DNA from: Aquificaceae bacterium
GTDB taxonomy: Bacteria > Aquificota > Aquificia > Aquificales > Aquificaceae
Direction: 5' to 3'
Length of the DNA: 23,378 nt
Assembly (NCBI GenBank): GCA_041640635.1
Contig: JBEPZX010000020.1
Location: 1-23,378 of the forward strand
Positions 1 through 7,170 of this stretch are shown one piece after another. The notes beneath the pieces are model-generated. The model was not told the DNA's origin and did not search any database. It saw only the letters and a list, made by a program, of their open reading frames with translations. Both the position numbers and the translations under genes were made by a program. Numbering within the stretch: position 1 is the stretch's first letter; each line of letters begins with the position of its first letter.

Positions 1-1612
1 CCCTTACTCTGTCTGATGCCACTTGGTATTGAACTTCTCTCCAAAGCTTATTTTCTGGATCCACCTTTTCCAAGATATGAACCAGTTTATGAAGCATAGC
101 CATCAAGAAAGCACCAGAACCACAAGCGGGGTCCAATACCTTCATGTCGGAAATAGCTTTTACAATCTTTTGTCTCTCTTCCTGAGACAACTCCACCTCT
201 TCCTCTGAGTAGGAAAGGATTTTTTTCAGTTTCTCTTGATCTATGGTGTCCTTTAGATACTCGGTAATAGCAAGATCAACCATACACTCTACGATTTCTC
301 TGGGTGTGTAGTAACTGCCTGTGGCTTTGCGTGCTGTCATAGCTGTTTCTGGAACATAGGCAGCCAAAAGATTTTCAAAGATTTTACCCAAAAGCTCAGG
401 ATCTAAAGCTATCTCTTGGTCTACAGGTGAACCTTCATCCACAGTAAAGTCATAGGACTCAAGAATTCTTATAAGTCCCATTACTTTTTCCTTTTCGAAA
501 AGCCCGTATTTTTTGAGGTTTACCGTTTCCTCACCTCCAAAGAAAAGAAAGTCTGGGATGATAGCTCTCTTTTTTGGGTTTCTCGAAAAACCATCCACGT
601 ATACAACCTTTCCTTCTTCGTTTTCTCTGTCTAAGCAATCAAAGAGTCCACCATTGACAAAAGGAATATCCCTAAAAAGCCTCAAAACTTCTTCTTCATC
701 GATTAAAAACATGTCCCTGTATCTGTAAAGAGTTTTTACTCCGTATTCCTTTTTGTTTTGAAGGAAATCTCCTTCCTCTGCAAAATTTCTATCTCCCTGT
801 TTTTGGTTGAGAGTGGCAAAGAACAAGTTCTGGAGTATGGCGTTGTGATAGTTGGCGGTGTTTCTATCTCTGTAAAAGTCCTTTACTATACTTTTTAGCT
901 CGTTATAATCAAAAAGCGTTGGGGGAACCAATTTCAGTTCCTTTAAAAACCAAACAAAAATAAGCCTGGTTAAAAGTCTTATAAGCCCCAAAGACTTGGT
1001 AATTTCTGTGTTTTTCTTTGGATCGTCCGAGTGTTTGTAATCTTCCGGAAAGGATACGTAATCCATAGCCCAGAAAAACCAGCTTTGGATTTGCTCATAA
1101 AACTCCTGGGTAACTTGTTCTTTGGAAAATACCTTTTTTATACTCTCTATGGTGGAAAAATCACCTTCCGAAAACTGCTTAAGAAAGGTTCTGTTGCTTA
1201 GGTTCTTACTTACAAAGAAGGTAAACCGCTTAAAGTTGCTATACTCTTTTTTGCCTTCTTGGTAATCTACATAAACCAAGCTAAAGCGAAAGTTCTCTTT
1301 AGATCTGTCATGGAAGATAAATATACCAGCATCGGCAAAATCTTGCTCCAAAAGCCTCTTTGCTATCTGAAACTGTTCCTTTTTGCTCGATCTTTGGTTC
1401 AGTTCCCCGGGAACTTCCACGGTGTAGACTAGCAAAACCCCGTCTTCTAAATCACCCTCGGCTACTTTTTGGCACACAAAGCCATTAACTTCCTTTTGCT
1501 GGTATAGAAATTCTAAGCTATCATTCACTGAGCGTAAAAACTTTTCGAGTTCGTTTCTCCTGAAGTTGTTTATTAGGCTTTTCAGGGAATTTTCTACTTC
1601 GTTCCTGCTCAT
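1..1612 (-). CDS. Eco57I/type IIG-like N6-adenine DNA methyltransferase (restriction-modification protein); 3' end beyond left edge
   Basis: Manual translation: ATG at 1612 overlaps the helicase stop (ATGA) and the frame is open to the window edge (~537 codons, MSRNEVENSLKS...). Motifs: LIRLLTRLIFVWFLKE, IPFVNGGLF, LDPELLGKIFENLL, RKATGSYYTPREIV (motif X) and VLDPACGSGAF (SAM-binding motif I, ~107-139). Catalytic NPPY and the target-recognition domain would lie outside the window. Confidence 0.9.
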   Translation of the reverse strand, partial: MSRNEVENSLKSLINNFRRNELEKFLRSVNDSLEFLYQQKEVNGFVCQKVAEGDLEDGVLLVYTVEVPGELNQRSSKKEQFQIAKRLLEQDFADAGIFIFHDRSKENFRFSLVYVDYQEGKKEYSNFKRFTFFVSKNLSNRTFLKQFSEGDFSTIESIKKVFSKEQVTQEFYEQIQSWFFWAMDYVSFPEDYKHSDDPKKNTEITKSLGLIRLLTRLIFVWFLKELKLVPPTLFDYNELKSIVKDFYRDRNTANYHNAILQNLFFATLNQKQGDRNFAEEGDFLQNKKEYGVKTLYRYRDMFLIDEEEVLRLFRDIPFVNGGLFDCLDRENEEGKVVYVDGFSRNPKKRAIIPDFLFFGGEETVNLKKYGLFEKEKVMGLIRILESYDFTVDEGSPVDQEIALDPELLGKIFENLLAAYVPETAMTARKATGSYYTPREIVECMVDLAITEYLKDTIDQEKLKKILSYSEEEVELSQEERQKIVKAISDMKVLDPACGSGAFLMAMLHKLVHILEKVDPENKLWREVQYQVASDRVR

Positions 1613-4600
1613 GTTCTATTCTCTATACACAGTATTATTTCTTTTTGCAAGTTTTTTAGCTTCTGTTTTTGAACTTCCAAATAATCCTCACCTAAGCGTT
1701 GCAACAGATCTTCAAGCTCCCTAACTAAATCCTCAAGGTCCATCTTAGATAAATTCCTGAGGGTGTATGCAGAAAAGGTTCCATAATATTTTATATCTTC
1801 CCCCATAACTTCCGCAAACCTTTTGACTCGGTCAGGAAATCTTCCTTCTTTATCCCTTATGATTTCCTTTAGTTTATTTATCAGTGTTTCTGATGACCTT
1901 TCTAAGGAGTTTATATCTTTGTCCTTCCTTAGCTCTTCTCGAACTTTATAATACATCTTCCAAAAGTTTAGACTAAGATCTATAGGCTTTTCCTCTGGTG
2001 AGGCTTTTATTCTTTCGAATATATCTTCAAAGTATATGCGTTCCGCCTTTGGTTCGTTGGAATCCATATTAGCTCTGTATACGAAGAGTCCACCGCTTTT
2101 TATGATAACCAAAAGTTCATCCTGTGAGCTTTTTCTTGCAACTTTTACCATTTTTGGAAAGTTTTCCAATTCCCTTATCAAGTCCTTATGCTCTTTTTGT
2201 ATTCTCTCAAACTCTATCAAAACTTTGGTGTAAAAGCTTTCCTCTTCCAACTCCTCTGGGTTTTTGTTAATCTTTAGGTAAAGCTTGGAAGGTTGAGGTT
2301 CTTCATCAGGTTCCAGTATTTTTGAGTCTTCACCTAAGACGTTGTGAATTAAAGAGATCTTTTGAGCTGCTATTTCCTTTTGCTTTGTAATATCTGCGCC
2401 CTTTTCTGTAGGGAAGAAGTTGTATAAGTAAAGCTCGCTAAAAAGCGTTTTACCTATCCTGCTTATACGTCCAAGTCTTTGGATTAATCTAACGGGATTC
2501 CATGGTATGTCGTAGTTTATTATGGTGTCCGCACGGTTCAGATTAAAGCCTTCTGAGATTCTGTCCGTCCCCAAAAGTATGCGATATTTGTCTTGTTGGT
2601 TGATCTCTTTTTGTGCGTTGGCGTTAAAGTATTGGTAAATCTCCCCCAAGAGACGTTCATCCAAGTTCTTATCTACAGCCAAAACATCACCTGGGAAGAA
2701 ACATTCCAATTTTTCCTTTAGGTATTTGACCGTATCTAAGTATTCCGAAAAGATAATTACCTTTCTTTGAGGATCTTTTAACAACTCTCTCAGTTTTTCT
2801 ACAAGTTTACCAAGTTTTGGGTCGTCCTGTGCAAGTCTTAAATCTTCCAGCCTTTCTATAAGGTTTGCAAAGAGTTTTACATCTTTTTCTATATCTTTGA
2901 TAAAATCATCTTTCTTAAAGCTTTTGTCCAATACATACTTGTATACGTTTTTTGCTTTTTCTTTGTCATCAAGTAATTTTGAGAGCTCCTGTTCTATATC
3001 TTCTGGATCTTTTTCGTATAAGTCTTCCAGAATACTCCTGTTCATTATATACATGTTGTGCTTTTGTATAAAATCCCTAGTTTTTTCCATGAACTCCTTA
3101 AAGTTTTCCAAGCTTTGTCTAAAAGCGCCGAAGGAACTTTCAAACCTTTTCACCAAGAGCCTGCGCATAAAGTTAAAAAGGTTAGTTTGGCTTTCTGCTT
3201 CGAAGTTATCTCCTTCTTGACCTTTTCTGTAGTAGTAGGGTCTGTATACTGCACCTGTAAAACGTCCTCCTTCTTCCGGATCACGAAAACATTCAATAAC
3301 GTAGTCGTAAAATCTGGATTGATCTTGGGTAAGTTCGAAAAATATAGCTTCTGGATCGTTAACTTTTGGTAGTTGCTTAATTTCTTCTTCGTAGTCTGGA
3401 TTTTTCTTTAGATCTAGTCTATTCCTTCTTATGACTACGGGTTCTATTATTTCTCTTATTTCCTTGGCTATTCTTTTTATGCGCCTATCTACCTTTTCCA
3501 AATTTTCTTCGGAAAATTCTTCATTAAAGAGTCTCTTGTATCTCTTTTTTACCTCTTCTTCTTTTTGTGAATTTTTGTAATACTTTTTTATGTATGCCAG
3601 CTCGTTAAACTCACCGGCGAAATCTTTAAATTTTGCTTGTATGTTCTCTCCCATGAGTATGCTTGATTTTTTTGGAGTTGTAAAAAGTTTAAGCAAAGAT
3701 AGGATATCGTTGGGATGGTTGTTAAATGGCGTAGCCGTTAGAAGAATAACTATTTTGTTTCTACAGATTTCTTTTAGGTATTCGTATCTTTTTGTATTCT
3801 CGTTTCTAAATCGGTGAGCCTCATCCACTATAACGACTTCTATATTTCTATCTTTTATCCTATTTAATAAACCCTCAAGTTTACCTATGGACTCTATTTC
3901 CCAACCATATAGCTCAAATTTCTCTAAATAGTATTTCCATCCCGAGTTTTCTATAGTAGGGTCACCCATTAATCCAGGCGGGCAAACTATCACTCCACGT
4001 TTTCCAAGAAGATTAGCTATAGCACAGGCTATAACCGTTTTCCCCAAACCTACTACATCCGCAAGAATTACGCCGTTGTGGTCTTCCAATATCTTGAGAG
4101 CTTGGCTTATGGCGTCCATTTGATATTTGTAAGGATAAAATCCCGCCCCTTTTAGAACTTTTTCTACTTTATCCTGGGCTTGTGCTTTATACGTATCCAA
4201 GTAAGACTTTAGAGCTAAAGCGTAAGCTTCAAAGGGTGTAATTCTTCTTATTGAAGTTTCTTTCTCCAAGGTCGTTAATAATTTTTCCTTGACTATGTGA
4301 TCCTCCGTTATCTTTATTGCTTCTTCCCATAGTTTATCAAAGTATTTTTCCGCTTCATCAACTCCATAATCGCTAATTTCTACGTTAAATTCCTGCTGCT
4401 TAACCAAACCAGCTTTTGTAAGATTACTGCTACCTGTTATAAACAAGGCGGGTCTTGATATTTCCTTTAACTTAAAACAGTAGAGCTTAGCATGGTTAGA
4501 CTCTCTTGTTTTCCTTATTTGTAGCTTTCCTTCTTTCGATAGTTTTATAAAGAATTTAGCTTGGTTGTAAAACTCTTCGGTGTCAAACTCCTCCGTATTT

Positions 4601-4902
4601 AGTGCTTTTTTTAGTGAATTTATAAACTCTTCCCTGATTTCTTTGTTTGATTTACTTTTGTCCTCTTGTGTTCCTACCTCTATTATACGACCATTGATAA
4701 CATCGACTTTAAGTCCTACTAAGATTTTTATCTTTAAATCGGGGTATCTTTCTATTCTCTCTCTTATTGCTTCATAGAGTTCAGTCCAACCAGAAAAGTA
4801 AAAAAAACCTACTAAAAATTTTAGCTCTTCACTAGCACTTATAAGATTTTTTATTCTCTCTCCTAATGTAAGCTCCTTCTCCCTATTGTTTGTAATGAAC
4901 AT
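1609..4902 (-). CDS. PLD-like nuclease domain fused to SNF2-type (SF2) helicase/ATPase, restriction-associated
   Basis: 1097 aa. N-terminal PLD nuclease motifs HAKLY, ITGSSNLT and QQEFN. Helicase motifs YQ (Q), LADVVGLGKT (I), IVDEAHR (II), LTATP (III), SEGFNL (V), QRLGRISR (VI). AGAGG Shine-Dalgarno upstream. Confidence 0.9.
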   Translation of the reverse strand: MFITNNREKELTLGERIKNLISASEELKFLVGFFYFSGWTELYEAIRERIERYPDLKIKILVGLKVDVINGRIIEVGTQEDKSKSNKEIREEFINSLKKALNTEEFDTEEFYNQAKFFIKLSKEGKLQIRKTRESNHAKLYCFKLKEISRPALFITGSSNLTKAGLVKQQEFNVEISDYGVDEAEKYFDKLWEEAIKITEDHIVKEKLLTTLEKETSIRRITPFEAYALALKSYLDTYKAQAQDKVEKVLKGAGFYPYKYQMDAISQALKILEDHNGVILADVVGLGKTVIACAIANLLGKRGVIVCPPGLMGDPTIENSGWKYYLEKFELYGWEIESIGKLEGLLNRIKDRNIEVVIVDEAHRFRNENTKRYEYLKEICRNKIVILLTATPFNNHPNDILSLLKLFTTPKKSSILMGENIQAKFKDFAGEFNELAYIKKYYKNSQKEEEVKKRYKRLFNEEFSEENLEKVDRRIKRIAKEIREIIEPVVIRRNRLDLKKNPDYEEEIKQLPKVNDPEAIFFELTQDQSRFYDYVIECFRDPEEGGRFTGAVYRPYYYRKGQEGDNFEAESQTNLFNFMRRLLVKRFESSFGAFRQSLENFKEFMEKTRDFIQKHNMYIMNRSILEDLYEKDPEDIEQELSKLLDDKEKAKNVYKYVLDKSFKKDDFIKDIEKDVKLFANLIERLEDLRLAQDDPKLGKLVEKLRELLKDPQRKVIIFSEYLDTVKYLKEKLECFFPGDVLAVDKNLDERLLGEIYQYFNANAQKEINQQDKYRILLGTDRISEGFNLNRADTIINYDIPWNPVRLIQRLGRISRIGKTLFSELYLYNFFPTEKGADITKQKEIAAQKISLIHNVLGEDSKILEPDEEPQPSKLYLKINKNPEELEEESFYTKVLIEFERIQKEHKDLIRELENFPKMVKVARKSSQDELLVIIKSGGLFVYRANMDSNEPKAERIYFEDIFERIKASPEEKPIDLSLNFWKMYYKVREELRKDKDINSLERSSETLINKLKEIIRDKEGRFPDRVKRFAEVMGEDIKYYGTFSAYTLRNLSKMDLEDLVRELEDLLQRLGEDYLEVQKQKLKNLQKEIILCIENRT

Positions 4903-4924
4903 AAAAAGCCTCTTTTAATCTATG

Positions 4925-4998
4925 TGGCGAGGGGCGGAATCGAACCGCCGACCTGGGACTTATGAGATCCCCGCTCTGGCCAACTGAGCTACCTCGCC
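4925..4998 (-). tRNA. tRNA with CAT anticodon, most likely elongator tRNA-Met; CCA not encoded
   Basis: Minus strand folds as GGCGAGG-TA-GCTC AGTTGGCCA GAGC-G-GGGAT CT CAT AA GTCCC-AGGTC-GGCGG TTCGATT CCGCC-CCTCGCC-A. G1:C72 is paired, so it is not initiator-type. Ile2 is not fully excluded. Confidence 0.95.
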
Positions 4999-5004
4999 GC
5001 TCTA

Positions 5005-7113
5005 CTATATTTTATTATAAGACACCTCAACCATTTTAAATATATTTTTGGCTGCTTCTTTTAGTGAACCGTTCTTACTTATAAGGATGTATCCGTTGAA
5101 AAACTCCAGTTGAGCATTTTTTGCCAGAGTTCCAAAATTAACAAACTCATCATCTATCTTAGCATTTCCAGAAGGATACAGGTATATCCTTCCTTTTTCA
5201 TCTTTCGCAAAATGCGAACTCTTAAACTCTATACGTGTGTTTTTACCACACTCCACCCTGATAAAGTTACCTTTCTTAGCCATAAGAACCTCACACTGGT
5301 CCGTATGCATTTCGTTGTAGAGCTTATTGACAAACTCTTCCTCCACAGGTAAGAACTTAATGTATTCTTTAACGGTGTAGCACTCGTCAAATACAGCATA
5401 GGGACACTCCTGCCTACAGTAGTTGTGGTCTATCTTATCAAAAAGCACATCTACAGCTGCTCCTTTTGAAGGCAAGAAGTTCTCCTCGCCTATCATGTCT
5501 ATGAGCTTAGCTTTGGCAAATATGTTTCGCACCACCCCCTTTAAGTTCACAAATACCACGTTTATCCCTTTGCTCTTTTTGTTTTTTATAAAGTCTTGCA
5601 GAGCTTCAACGGCAGTTATGTCCACAGAGTTTATTCCTTCTCCATCTATTACAAAATGCTTCAAAGCTGGTTTTTTGTTTATTAGATCTTCAAACTCTTC
5701 CACTATGTTTTCCACGTTGGCGTAATAGAAAGATGCTTCTGGTCTTACTATGGTTATTTGAGGACACTCTGGTAGGTTATTAGCTTGAGCGTTTACAAAA
5801 GTCTTGCTCTTTGGATCTCTCGTTAGCGCCACAATGCGTGGGTATAGACTGTTCCACAAAAACAGTGCCAAAGCCAAAAGCATGCCTATGAGTATGGCAT
5901 AGTCGGGCTTGGTGATAAAGGCGAATGCAAATGTTGTTATGGAAGCTATAGCGTCTGGTCTGCTTGTGTGCCAAAGCTCTCCAAAGTATCCCAACTTCAT
6001 GATGCCGATAACAGCCGTTATCACAAGTGCCGCCAGTGTAGCTTTGGGTAGGTAGTAAAGGAGAGGAGAGAAGGCAAAGATGGTAAGTATGACCAAAAGT
6101 GCGGAGATAACGTTTGCAAAGTTAGTTACAGCACCAGCTTGAAGGTTTATGGCAGATCTAGAGAAAGAACCACTGATGGGAAAACCCTTGAAAACTGAAG
6201 CTACCAAGTTACCTATACCTTGTGATATCAAATCTTGATTAGTGTCACTCTTTATACCCGTCTTTGTTGACATTATTTTGGAGATAGAGTAGGACTCCAT
6301 AAATCCAATGATGGCTATTATAAAAGCGCCTGGTATTAGTTTAAAAAGTATCTCTGGCTCTAAGCTAAATACATTAGGAAATGAAGGCAAAGGCAAACCT
6401 GATGGGATATCTCCAACTACAGATATTCCATATGATTGGAAGTCAAAGGTGTACGACAGAAATGTGAATAAAATGACTGCAACCAGAGCTGATGGAAAGT
6501 TCTTGTGTATTTTTCTCAGTCCCACTATGACAAGCATGGACCCTATACCCACTGCTAAAGTGTATAGGTTGGTATTGATTAGGTTTTTGCCTATCTCGTA
6601 AAAATTCTGAAAAACATAGGACTTTTGCTCTACTTTTATTCCCAGCAAAGATGGAACTTGTGTAGAAGCGATTATTATAGCTGCTGCGTTAGAAAAACCT
6701 ATAACGACAGCGTGGGAAACAAATCTCAGTAAAAATCCGAGCTTGAATACTCCCATAAACAAGCCAACAAGACCCACAAAAAAAGCCATTATTATGGCGT
6801 AGTCTATGAATAGTGGGTCACTCGGTTTAACAAAACCTATCAAGAAGCTATAAGTCAAAAAAGCCACTATGGCTACAGGCCCTATAGCTAGCTGAGGGGT
6901 AGACTGAAATAATGCAGCTACTACTACAGGAATGGAAGCAGCATACAACCCATAAACGGGTGGAAGTCCCGCCACCAGCGCATAAGCCATAGACTGAGGG
7001 ATTAAAACTACAGCTACGGTAAAGCCTGCGATTAAGTCTTTTGTTAGGTATTCTTTTTTGTAAGCTCTCAGTTGGGAAAGTAGAGGTATCTTCAGAAAAT
7101 CCAAGCCAGCCAT
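5005..7113 (-). CDS. SulP/SLC26 anion transporter with STAS domain and C-terminal extension (copy 1)
   Basis: DLIAGFTVAVVLIPQSMAYALVAGLPPVYGLY and GSFSRS signatures; STAS region (YYANV, INSVDITA). Start moved from track 7149 to ATG 7113 because MAGLDFLKIPLLSQLR is colinear with copy 2 MDSSKLGYAPLLSQLR. Confidence 0.93.
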   Translation of the reverse strand: MAGLDFLKIPLLSQLRAYKKEYLTKDLIAGFTVAVVLIPQSMAYALVAGLPPVYGLYAASIPVVVAALFQSTPQLAIGPVAIVAFLTYSFLIGFVKPSDPLFIDYAIIMAFFVGLVGLFMGVFKLGFLLRFVSHAVVIGFSNAAAIIIASTQVPSLLGIKVEQKSYVFQNFYEIGKNLINTNLYTLAVGIGSMLVIVGLRKIHKNFPSALVAVILFTFLSYTFDFQSYGISVVGDIPSGLPLPSFPNVFSLEPEILFKLIPGAFIIAIIGFMESYSISKIMSTKTGIKSDTNQDLISQGIGNLVASVFKGFPISGSFSRSAINLQAGAVTNFANVISALLVILTIFAFSPLLYYLPKATLAALVITAVIGIMKLGYFGELWHTSRPDAIASITTFAFAFITKPDYAILIGMLLALALFLWNSLYPRIVALTRDPKSKTFVNAQANNLPECPQITIVRPEASFYYANVENIVEEFEDLINKKPALKHFVIDGEGINSVDITAVEALQDFIKNKKSKGINVVFVNLKGVVRNIFAKAKLIDMIGEENFLPSKGAAVDVLFDKIDHNYCRQECPYAVFDECYTVKEYIKFLPVEEEFVNKLYNEMHTDQCEVLMAKKGNFIRVECGKNTRIEFKSSHFAKDEKGRIYLYPSGNAKIDDEFVNFGTLAKNAQLEFFNGYILISKNGSLKEAAKNIFKMVEVSYNKI
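5014..5019 (-). promoter_or_regulatory. Candidate -10 box (TATAAT) for the tRNA, inside the 3' end of the sulP gene
   Basis: Perfect TATAAT 15 nt upstream of the mature tRNA 5' end; no well-spaced -35. Confidence 0.4.
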
Positions 7114-7119
7114 GAAAGT

Positions 7120-7149
7120 ATTATAGAATATTTCTAATTTCCTATGCAA
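7120..7149 (-). promoter_or_regulatory. Sigma70-type promoter for sulP copy 1, predicted leaderless
   Basis: TTGCAT(7149-7144)-18 nt-TATAAT(7125-7120)-6 nt-ATG(7113); no Shine-Dalgarno. Confidence 0.65.
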
Positions 7150-7170
7150 AAGGTTATTTGATAGTATTAA

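Noticed and set aside
220..226. T7 run in the methyltransferase as a phase-variation tract
   Set aside because: Short A/T runs are common in this genome and the frame is intact.
1401..1415. Palindrome AGTTCCC-C-GGGAACT
   Set aside because: Single copy inside coding sequence; no array or regulatory context.
23..4777. Short + strand ORFs in the track opposite the methyltransferase and helicase
   Set aside because: Antisense shadows of well-supported minus-strand genes; Ser/Phe/Leu-rich with no motifs.
4925..4998. Initiator tRNA-fMet assignment
   Set aside because: G1:C72 is paired and the anticodon stem lacks the three consecutive G:C pairs next to the loop.
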